A stretch of DNA of 63,474 nucleotides, the filler included, from Octopus bimaculoides (lineage: Eukaryota): NCBI RefSeq assembly GCF_001194135.2. It is 5 parts of 5 records of this genome, joined end to end, with 100 filler letters (N's around TTAATTAATTAA, not from the genome) between each part and the next. Parts side by side here need not be neighbours in the genome. Positions count along the whole stretch, not along the records: positions 47,589 to 63,474 come from NC_068990.1; 4 more parts are not named here. The stretch is one strand, 5' to 3'. Positions 48,287-59,150 of this stretch are shown in pieces (position 1 is the first letter of the stretch; each line of letters begins with the position of its first letter). Made by a program: the position numbers and the translations under genes. The notes below the pieces were generated by a model, which was not told the origin of the DNA, searched no databases, and saw only the letters and a list, made by a program, of their open reading frames with translations.

Positions 48287-49329
48287 ATGGTGTCATATTA
48301 TATAATTAATAAATATTTTTTTATTACCTCTCCATTTTCTCCTTATTCTTTATATATATATATATATATANNNNNNNNNNNNNNNNNNNNNNNNNNNNNN
48401 NNNNNNNNNNNNNNNNNNNNNNNNNNNNNNNNNNNNNNNNNNNNNNNNNNNNNNNNNNNNNNNNNNNNNNNNNNNNNNNNNNNNNNNNNNNNNNNNNNNN
48501 NNNNNNNNNNNNNNNNNNNNNNNNNNNNNNNNNNNNNNNNNNNNNNNNNNNNNNNNNNNNNNNNNNNNNNNNNNNNNNNNNNNNNNNNNNNNNNNNNNNN
48601 NNNNNNNNNNNNNNNNNNNNNNNNNNNNNNNNNNNNNNNNNNNNNNNNNNNNNNNNNNNNNNNNNNNNNNNNNNNNNNNNNNNNNNNNNNNNNNNNNNNN
48701 NNNNNNNNNNNNNNNNNNNNNNNNNNNNNNNNNNNNNNNNNNNNNNNNNNNNNNNNNNNNNNNNNNNNNNNNNNNNNNNNNNNNNNNNNNNNNNNNNNNN
48801 NNNNNNNNNNNNNNNNNNNNNNNNNNNNNNNNNNNNNNNNNNNNNNNNNNNNNNNNNNNNNNNNNNNNNNNNNNNNNNNNNNNNNNNNNNNNNNNNNNNN
48901 NNNNNNNNNNNNNNNNNNNNNNNNNNNNNNNNNNNNNNNNNNNNNNNNNNNNNNNNNNNNNNNNNNNNNNNNNNNNNNNNNNNNNNNNNNNNNNNNNNNN
49001 NNNNNNNNNNNNNNNNNNNNNNNNNNNNNNNNNNNNNNNNNNNNNNNNNNNNNNNNNNNNNNNNNNNNNNNNNNNNNNNNNNNNNNNNNNNNNNNNNNNN
49101 NNNNNNNNNNNNNNNNNNNNNNNNNNNNNNNNNNNNNNNNNNNNNNNNNNNNNNNNNNNNNNNNNNNNNNNNNNNNNNNNNNNNNNNNNNNNNNNNNNNN
49201 NNNNNNNNNNNNNNNNNNNNNNNNNNNNNNNNNNNNNNNNNNNNNNNNNNNNNNNNNNNNNNNNNNNNNNNNNNNNNNNNNNNNNNNNNNNNNNNNNNNN
49301 NNNNNNNNNNNNNNNNNNNNNNNNNNNNN

Positions 49330-49372
<43 letters not shown>

Positions 49373-49695
49373 CACACACATATATATATATACATACATA
49401 CACACACATATATATATATATATATATACATACATACACGCGTCCATTCACGCACTAGCACATAAACGCACATACACTCCTACACATGAACACACCTATG
49501 TACACACAATATGTGTGTGCACTCATACATATTCATATACACATGCTTCTATACTTTCATTGATAATTAGATACGTGTTTGTATATATAGTCGCACACAA
49601 ATTATACATTTGTGTGTATGTATGTTTCTCCGTCTCTCTCTCCCTCTCTTATCTCTCTCTCTCTCTCTCTTCTTATTTCTGTATGCGCGTGTGTA

Positions 49696-49735
<40 letters not shown>

Positions 49736-50007
49736 CACCGTTGAAATATCGAACTCTAATTATAAGTTAATATGCCTTAGATAGGCAGTAAAGATTAGTC
49801 TCTATGACTTAGAGTAAAGATGGACAAAACAAATCGAACTATTTCAGTTATTATGGTAATGCTGGTATTGCTAATCCTACCCTCGCCACTGATAATTTTC
49901 AAGTTCTATATGTAATTATTCATAATTACCGACCAGACACTTTACATCTCCTATAGTGCCACCATACACGCAGATAAACAGAGATAAGCACATACACACA
50001 CAAACAG

Positions 50008-50042
<35 letters not shown>

Positions 50043-50500
50043 CACGCGCATATCACTCATAAATACCTAGATGCATACAAATGTGTATGTACGTATGCCT
50101 TTTAAGCTTAAGCGAGCGCGTGTGTATTTGAAGAGAGAGAAAGAGACCAACGTGTTTCAGTAAAAACACCTTCGGATGTCTCACATTCTCATGTGCTGCC
50201 ATCTTTTACTAATTGTAGACAATTATTTAAATATCGAATACATTTCACAACTTAGCGAAGATGCGGGAAGATTTATCTTGGTAAATTCCTCGTGGAAACA
50301 CAATGGCTCAGCTGTGTAGGAATGAATGTTCGTTGAAAGTATGACATCAAATCGTGTTTAACGAAAGAATACACACACACACACACACACTTGCACACTT
50401 GCACACACGCATGCATATGTTTACACACTTATATATGCGTGAGTGTGTGTATACATATATGTATATATATACATATATATATGTATATATGTATATATGA

Positions 50501-50548
<48 letters not shown>

Positions 50549-51144
50549 AAATAGGTAAATGATAGGATTGCTTCAATTTTTCAGGGGTAGTCTGAAGTAT
50601 CCAAGCAACCAGGGGATGTTTAAATCCTGAGGCACTCCTTCACGAAAGCACGCTGTCCCTTTCTCTCAGTGGTCGCAAAANNNNNNNNNNNNNNNNNNNN
50701 NNNNNNNNNNNNNNNNNNNNNNNNNNNNNNNNNNNNNNNNNNNNNNNNNNNNNNNNNNNNNNNNNNNNNNNNNNNNNNNNNNNNNNNNNNNNNNNNNNNN
50801 NNNNNNNNNNNNNNNNNNNNNNNNNNNNNNNNNNNNNNNNNNNNNNNNNNNNNNNNNNNNNNNNNNNNNNNNNNNNNNNNNNNNNNNNNNNNNNNNNNNN
50901 NNNNNNNNNNNNNNNNNNNNNNNNNNNNNNNNNNNNNNNNNNNNNNNNNNNNNNNNNNNNNNNNNNNNNNNNNNNNNNNNNNNNNNNNNNNNNNNNNNNN
51001 NNNNNNNNNNNNNNNNNNNNNNNNNNNNNNNNNNNNNNNNNNNNNNNNNNNNNNNNNNNNNNNNNNNNNNNNNNNNNNNNNNNNNNNNNNNNNNNNNNNN
51101 NNNNNNNNNNNNNNNNNNNNNNNNNNNNNNNNNATATATATATA

Positions 51145-51860
51145 CGAAGCAGTACCCAAAAGTAACTGGAAACGTTCTCTGTGCGACAAGCCCGTTGCAC
51201 TCCAGGCTTCCGCTGCAAGGAGTCAGTTGATGTGACCCCTCAACTCTTGCAGCAGTCTGCCGACCTGGGTCATCGTGTGGAGTAGTACTGCCACGTGGTG
51301 GGTGTTTGTTTGCCAGTGCTTCTCCCTTGTTCGTCGATTTTTGCGACCACTGAGAGAAAGGGACAGCGTGCTTTCGTGAAATTTAGCTTCCTTCTGGGGT
51401 AAATGGCGGCCAAAACATTTCTCATGGTTCAAACAGATTATAAGGATGCTGTCATGAACAAAACACGAGTTTACGAATGGAATTCATGCCTTAGGAATGA
51501 TTGCTTGTCGCTTCAAGACCAACCTCGACTACGGCGATCGTCGACTTCCTGAACGAACTAAAACATCACGGAAATTCATGAACAGATCTTGGAGGAACGT
51601 CGCCGAACAATTGACAGACTTGTTGATATGACTGGTGTATCCTGGAGCTCCTGCTAACGAATGTTGAGCAATTGCAAATGGAAAGATTTGCATCAAAATT
51701 TGTGCTTCACTTGCGCACGGAAGATCAAAAGCAGTCACGACTAAATGCGTGTTGTGAACTGAAAGAACAGTTGGAAGATCATCATTGGTGACGAAAGGTT
51801 GTGCTACAGCTACGACCCAGAAACGAAGCGGCAATCAAGTCGATGGAAGCATTTACTGTC
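51145..51860 (+). mobile_element. Mariner relic (family 2), 5' half
   Basis: TA|cgaagcagtacccaaaagtaactgga TIR; KTRVYEW...LQDQPR...RRRTID...TGVSWSSC*R...SKFV...IIGDE..CYSYDPETKRQSSRWK. Confidence 0.9.
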
Positions 51861-51985
51861 ACCACATCCTCCAAAAGTCCCGTCCAGCTGGGGAGGGGGA
51901 AACACATACGCCATAGAAACCGGGAAACCGGGCCCATGAGCCTGGCTAAGCTTTAAAAGGGCGCATAAATATATACATATACATA

Positions 51986-52077
<92 letters not shown>

Positions 52078-52079
<2 letters not shown>

Positions 52080-52275
52080 TTTGTAATTATGCTTGTCCCC
52101 CACCACAGCTTGACAATTGGTTGAAGTGTTTGCGTCCCCGTAACTTAATGGATCGGCAAATGACATGAGAATTACTACCAGTCTTTAAGATCTACGTCCT
52201 AAGGTCGAGTTGTTCGACTAAACTTCCTCAAAGTGGTTCCCCATCATGGCTGCAGTCTAATGACTGAAACAAATG
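52078..52275 (+). mobile_element. SINE-A 3' half after a (GT)n tract
   Basis: gtcccccaccacagcttgacaattggt...gtccccgtaacttaatgg...cagtctaatgactgaaacaa. Confidence 0.75.
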
Positions 52276-52383
52276 ATTAATGGTAAAGATTATGCATAAA
52301 TATGAGCGTGTGTGTGTGTCTGCATTTTATGTGTGTATGAATATATATATGCTTATACACACACACAACGATACACACACACA

Positions 52384-52418
<35 letters not shown>

Positions 52419-52547
52419 ATGTGTGTGTGTAAGTGCGTGCGTGTGTGTGTCTGTGTCTTCGAGTGCATCTATTCGCTCAGCCAGTACCATTCTGTGAGAG
52501 AAGAACTTTCAATAAAATGGAAGAAAGTCTGCATTCATGTCAATGAA

Positions 52548-52587
52548 GCATTCCTGCATTCCTGCATTCCTGCATTCCTGCATTCCT
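52548..52587. repeat. (GCATTCCT)5 octamer repeat
   Basis: Five perfect units. Confidence 0.95.
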
Positions 52588-52636
52588 GTTACTACTTCAG
52601 TTATTGAGTACTTTTCTTTCATTCCTTACTACCAAG

Positions 52637-52668
<32 letters not shown>

Positions 52669-53686
52669 NNNNNNNNNNNNNNNNNNNNNNNNNNNNNNNN
52701 NNNNNNNNNNNNNNNNNNNNNNNNNNNNNNNNNNNNNNNNNNNNNNNNNNNNNNNNNNNNNNNNNNNNNNNNNNNNNNNNNNNNNNNNNNNNNNNNNNNN
52801 NNNNNNNNNNNNNNNNNNNNNNNNNNNNNNNNNNNNNNNNNNNNNNNNNNNNNNNNNNNNNNNNNNNNNNNNNNNNNNNNNNNNNNNNNNNNNNNNNNNN
52901 NNNNNNNNNNNNNNNNNNNNNNNNNNNNNNNNNNNNNNNNNNNNNNNNNNNNNNNNNNNNNNNNNNNNNNNNNNNNNNNNNNNNNNNNNNNNNNNNNNNN
53001 NNNNNNNNNNNNNNNNNNNNNNNNNNNNNNNNNNNNNNNNNNNNNNNNNNNNNNNNNNNNNNNNNNNNNNNNNNNNNNNNNNNNNNNNNNNNNNNNNNNN
53101 NNNNNNNNNNNNNNNNNNNNNNNNNNNNNNNNNNNNNNNNNNNNNNNNNNNNNNNNNNNNNNNNNNNNNNNNNNNNNNNNNNNNNNNNNNNNNNNNNNNN
53201 NNNNNNNNNNNNNNNNNNNNNNNNNNNNNNNNNNNNNNNNNNNNNNNNNNNNNNNNNNNNNNNNNNNNNNNNNNNNNNNNNNNNNNNNNNNNNNNNNNNN
53301 NNNNNNNNNNNNNNNNNNNNNNNNNNNNNNNNNNNNNNNNNNNNNNNNNNNNNNNNNNNNNNNNNNNNNNNNNNNNNNNNNNNNNNNNNNNNNNNNNNNN
53401 NNNNNNNNNNNNNNNNNNNNNNNNNNNNNNNNNNNNNNNNNNNNNNNNNNNNNNNNNNNNNNNNNNNNNNNNNNNNNNNNNNNNNNNNNNNNAGTTTGGA
53501 ATCAGTAGTTCTTTGACTGCTATTTCTAAATTTTCAGTATGTTGGAGAAGCAACTCAATTGCTAATCCCTGTATATTTATAATGATAAATAGTCTTACCG
53601 ATAAAGGTTTTTTTCATACTGAACTACTTGGCAGAATTGTTAATTATTAATTCTATTATTAATTGACGATTCTCTGCCCTTATTCT

Positions 53687-53729
<43 letters not shown>

Positions 53730-53743
53730 CTTAAACAAGACTA

Positions 53744-53840
53744 TTATTGAATGTGACTTCGAAGTTTTGGCCAGCTAAGCTATCGTCGGACTGTTTGACA
53801 GTGACGTAACTGGCCGAAACTTCGAAATCACAGTCAATAA
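53744..53840. ncRNA. Back-to-back pair of degenerate hammerhead motifs forming a 97-nt hairpin
   Basis: Arms 53744-53774 / 53810-53840 match at 28/31. Plus strand: gactgt-ttgacag-t-gac..gcc-GAAAC-ttcgaa-atc-acagtc. Minus strand: ccgacga...aaaac-ttcgaa-GTC. Confidence 0.55.
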
Positions 53841-54845
53841 CATTTTTGCTTAAGTATAATAGATTTGTACTCTACAAAATATAGAGTAACCCATCAGATC
53901 AATGTAAGACTATTTTTATTATAACTGAACATAAAAGCAAACATTAACATACATACGTATGTGTGTATGTGTGTATGTATGTATGTATGTATGTATGTAT
54001 GTATGTGCGTGAGTGTGTGTGTGTGTGTGTGTATATAGGCTTCTTTGCTTGAGTCTATATTTTGTATGCGTATATATGCATGTTTTCGTGTTTATGTACG
54101 GTAAGCTTTTGATTTTTCTCATTATTTTATTTTTGTTATGTTAAACGTAGAGTTTGTTGTTCGATTTGTTTGCCCATCAACTAACCAAATATTGAGTGAG
54201 AGAGAAAAATCAAATAATAATATTTATTTACAGATTCGCAAGTTATAATTATATAAAAAAAAATAAAACGTTTCGAGAAGATCAAACTATACATATTGGA
54301 TTCAGCTTCTTTGTTCGTTAATTCGATTTTTTTTTAACAAAGGACAGAGGTCTGAATTTGAAAAATAAAATATAATGAATGCGACGTGAGATATTCATTA
54401 TTGCATTTCAGATGATTGTTATAGCTGTGTTTGTGAAATAAGTGGATTTATATCAACTGATAAATATAACCAGTTTGCTGTCGTCATTCCTGCCCTATCT
54501 ATGTTCTCCGTCACAGATCATTGATGAAAAGAGTAGGGGACAACCTAGAACAAGATACGAGATATAATGCGGCCATGTGTTCGCTGCTGATAGAAAAAAA
54601 GAATTGGGGATAGTCATTGGTGGAGTGTCTTGAACTGAATAGCAACAACAACAGCAACAACAGGAACAGCAGTAACACCAACTACTATAAAAACAGCAAA
54701 CTATAACGATACCTAATCGCTCGTATTTCTATACATATATACGCAGATATATATATACTTACTAGCATACGTGTGTACATGTATATGTTAGGACTTTTTT
54801 GCTGCAGTCTTCGATACATTATACTTTCATTTGTTAATAATGAGC

Positions 54846-54947
<102 letters not shown>

Positions 54948-55294
54948 TGTTTGTGTGCGTGTGTGTAATTTAATAAATGTTATATATATTAGCATAATTC
55001 AGTTATATCTATATATTATATAATATACATAGACACACACAGACTCACACTCACCAAAACACATGCACACACACACACACGCACATGCACAAACACAAAC
55101 ACAGACACACGTGTGTGTCTGTGTGAGTGTAGTATATTTTTCTTAGAAATTGGATGTTTCAAGATCAACATCCCTATGAAAAATAATAATGAAGTTTGTG
55201 TTATCATAATCAATGCATAAAGCATTGTGTTAACAATCAATAAAAGTGTAAAATGAAGAAAAATGAAATTATCCAATGATTATTACGATTTTCC

Positions 55295-55340
55295 AATCTA
55301 GATTAATTTTGATCTTACTCCGATCGTCATCAGCAAATCC
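55295..55340 (-). ncRNA. Weak hammerhead-like motif
   Basis: Minus strand: gatttg-CTGATGA-c-gatc(ggagtaa)gatc-aaaat-ta-ATC-tagatt. GAAA is mutated and helix I is wobble-rich. Confidence 0.3.
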
Positions 55341-55539
55341 TGTAATCTTCACATATGATAGTAGTCCGGGAAAGACGTTTCTGCAATGTCTTGCTGAATC
55401 AACCTGCACATATCATTTGCTTCCGTATAATGATCAAATGTATGTGTTGTATATTAGCTAACTCTTTCCATCAAATCGACGTTACTGGAATAGGTGGAAC
55501 GTGTACTTCATATCAAATGTCGAAGTAATCACAGAGCAG

Positions 55540-55655
55540 CATAAGGCAAATTATTTTCCTCAAGAACACAACGCCCCAACCGGTCCAGGCATTGGAACAA
55601 AGAACGTATGATCGTGAGTACAACACCATACCCACCAGGCTATGCGCCCTCGCGA
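55540..55655 (-). mobile_element. tRNA-like SINE head
   Basis: Reverse complement gagggcgcatagcctggtggg...gttccaatgcc...gcgttgtgttcttgagg. Confidence 0.55.
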
Positions 55656-55667
55656 TCTTCACTTATA

Positions 55668-55878
55668 CAAGGTGGGCCAAAAATCACGCACTACAACGTA
55701 TTTTATTTTATTTAAGATATTTTTGTTATTATTATGCATTTTGTTCATCACGTAGAAGTACGTATGTAGTTAGCATTGTTTTATTTACTTTATTGAATTT
55801 TAGAAAGAAGGAAGCAAGCCTTTGACAATTCCGGTTTGTATTTGAACTTATTCTATGCGTGACTTTTGGCCCAGCCTG
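55668..55878. mobile_element. Tc1/mariner MITE
   Basis: TA|caaggtgggccaaaaatcacgca ... tgcgtgacttttggcccagcctg|TA. Confidence 0.9.
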
Positions 55879-56184
55879 TATAAGCCATACAGGCGACGCA
55901 AAAATCGTTACATACATCTCCAAGATACCAGTTATGGAAACAACGTGATAAGTGCAGTCTCAGTGCTTCAAACGTGCAGGCAAGTGTCCTCCATCAAAAC
56001 GCGTACCCACGATTGGCTTTTGGGCGAATTTAGTAAACAGTAACTACGTAGGCTTGTGGAAAATATGGCATCTGTGTGTGTGTGAGGGAGAAGTATGTGT
56101 GTGTGTATGTGTGGTTGTGTCTGTACGCGCGCACTTGCATGTCTGTGTCTATTTTCTAGTGTATGTTTCTATCCGGAACATGTC

Positions 56185-56380
56185 TTTATGTGACACCGCT
56201 TGACAACCGGTGTTTGTTCATTTAACCTTAGCATAAAAATTCCACAAAATATATATCGATAGAAAAAGTATAATACTTCACAAAAATACCTAGTGGATTT
56301 CGATTTGATCGTCTAAAACTCTTCAAAGCGATGCTCCAGTATGGTCACATTCCAGTAACAAAACCAGTAACAATGTAATG
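56185..56380 (+). mobile_element. SINE-A 3' part, decayed
   Basis: ccgcttgacaaccggtg...cgatgctccagtatggtcac. Confidence 0.6.
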
Positions 56381-57137
56381 GAGTAAATGAAAGGTGCGAT
56401 CCTCCTACTAACTTCAGGTAAGTTAGCGTTAATGATATAAGTAACGTTAATACACAGGGCGTGACACACTAACTAGATATATATACGATGGAGAATAACG
56501 ATATTAGTCAACGATGGGTTGGTCGGTTGGTGTGATATGGTCGACTGCGGAGAGAAAACAGGTTCAATCCCATCTCAGCATACTCAGATCTTGGGTTCAC
56601 GCCAACAAAATTGTAAGATTTATAGATGTGAGCTTGACAGCTCTCCATTATGTGGATATCAAAAATCTTTCGATCAGCTGCACTGCATGCTTCTGATGCC
56701 CGGTGTTTGTCCTTTCTATATAAAGCATTAGGTTTTCTTCAGATACGTAATTACGGTATTTGGCAGTATATCATTTCTGAATGGATTTGGTCGGTAATAG
56801 CAGTGGCTCTGATTGCGGCGGCGGCGGCGATGGTGGTGGCAGCAGCAGTGCGCTGGTAATAGTGGTAGGAATGAATGTGATGTCGTGGTGATGTTAGGAG
56901 TTGAGAACAATTTTTAGAAGCTTATCTGCCGGACACATTTGGTTTCTAATAGCACAAATACTGATGCATAACTTTCGTAGTATATTGTCGGAACTATAAA
57001 CCGGACATTATATCTCTGGGTGAAAAAAAAAGACTGATAAAAAACAAATAATATGAATAAAATGTAAAACCAAAATATTAATGAACAAAAATAAATGAAT
57101 GTATAAATTGAATGGAAAATTTTTGAATGATGATGGT

Positions 57138-57193
<56 letters not shown>

Positions 57194-57246
57194 TAATAAC
57201 TTCGTAATTACATATACGCATGTATGTACACATACATGCACACAAA

Positions 57247-57286
<40 letters not shown>

Positions 57287-58120
57287 TATATGTATATGCA
57301 TACATTGATGCATATATGCATATATACATACATACATACATACATACATACATACATACATACATACGTACGTACGTACGTACATACATACATGCATACA
57401 TACATACACACATACATATATATACATACGTACATACATCCATGCATACACCTAGCGTGTGTGGAATGGAAAAGGAAGTATGGAAAGTTTTTGACGAACA
57501 AAATTTTGCAAGGAAACAACAAGAGAAAGAAAAAAGGAAATTGAAAAGAAGCCATAACCGCAAACTAAAATTGTGAAATTATGTTTTGATTTATTATTGT
57601 TAGTTTATTTATCATTATTATTAGTATTACTGTTTGTTTAAAAAATATTTTTCTCATAATTTTAATTTTATATATTTATTTATTTTCTTTCATTTTTATT
57701 TCATTTTATTTTATTTGTTCGAAACCATTTTACTGGAGATGGACATATTCCAACTAGTTCCGCCAATGAACAAAGTAAAGATTTTTGTTGAATATTATAA
57801 ATAAATAAAAGCAGTAAAAAAAACAAAATGGTTTCCATCCATTTGTTGCCAAATGTCTCATGCATTTTTAGATCGGCTACAAATACGATCGTTGTAATAC
57901 AATGACCATGAAGAGGGAAGCACTGAACTGTAAATGACTTTTGAAATAATGCATTTGAATATGTTTATTTCCATGATAAAAGCAGAAAATATTTCCAATT
58001 ATTCCCGTATATATGTTGTTCAATAAAAATATAACTATGAATAATAATAACAACAGCAACAAAAACAGCAGCAGTAGCAGCAGCAATAGCAAAAAAGCAA
58101 CAATGATAATAATAATAATA

Positions 58121-58574
58121 ATGGCTTCAAATTTTGGCACAAGGCCAGCAAGCTCGTGGGAGTGGGTTAGTCGATTACATCGAACCCCAGTGCTCGACTG
58201 GTACTTATTTTATCGATTTCGAAAGAATGAAAGCCAAAGTCAACCTCAGCGGAACTTGAACTCAGAACAGGAAGGCGGACGAAATGCTACTAAGCATATC
58301 GCCCAGCGTGGTAACGATTCTTATTTCTTTATTGCCCACCAGGGGCTAAACATAGAGGGGGACAAACAAGCACAGACAAAGGGGTTAAGTCGATAACATC
58401 GACCCCAGTGCGTAACTGGTACTTAATTTATTGACCCCCGAAAGTATGAAAGACAAAGTCGACCTCGGCGGAATTTGAACTCGGAACGTAACGGCAGACG
58501 AAATGCCGCCCGGTGTGCTAACGATTCTGCCAGCTCACCACCAGCGTGGTAACGATCCTGCCAGCTTGCCGCCC
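58121..58574 (-). mobile_element. Two tandem SINE-B copies (58121-58320; 58321-58574 with alternative tail and doubled head)
   Basis: Both carry reverse-complement gtcgacctcggcggaatttgaactc and aacgattctgccagctc. Confidence 0.85.
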
Positions 58575-58611
58575 AAATAATAATAACAGCAACAACAACA
58601 ACAACAACAAC

Positions 58612-58652
<41 letters not shown>

Positions 58653-58680
58653 CAACAACAACAACAACAACAGCAGCAGC

Positions 58681-58794
58681 AAATGGTATGAACATGAACT
58701 TAGTAAAGTACTAGGAAGTAAGAAATACAAGATGTAGGATTTTAAGATTCAGACACACAGACAGAAAGAATAATAGAAACTAGAAGGCCTGATC

Positions 58795-58849
<55 letters not shown>

Positions 58850-59150
58850 TGTTGTTGTTGTTGTTGTTGTTGTAGATAAATAGAATAGAATGTGCCAGAT
58901 AATTGACTTTACAGTCCCAAATGATGAAAAACTTAAAGTATGATCATCGAAGCTTTCAGGACATTACCAAAATGGTTCTCTTAAACACTGTGGCCAAATA
59001 CCAGGAAACCCAGGAGTATCAGAACTACAAACGCTTGTTCTCATGGGTACAGCCTACATCCAAAGAAAAACACATCAACTGGAAAAATAACTTATTTTCT
59101 TAAAACTCTTTTTAAACTGAAATTTTACAAACTTAATAGATTCTTACTTC
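58681..59150 (+). mobile_element. R4/Dong-type RLE relic starting in an AAT/AAC/CAG microsatellite
   Basis: KWYEHE...DFKIQT...IIETRRPDL(V26)DK*NRMCQIIDFTVPNDE...IPGNPGVSELQTLVLMGTAYI; the 3' UTR resembles that of the 2317-2690 copy. Confidence 0.85.

Noticed and set aside
7245-53650. Long ORFs of 180-395 aa in the track (e.g. 13118-14305, 16510-17664, 48287-49465, 52537-53508)
   Set aside because: They consist of N-gap X residues flanked by TA/CA microsatellite translation and are not coding.
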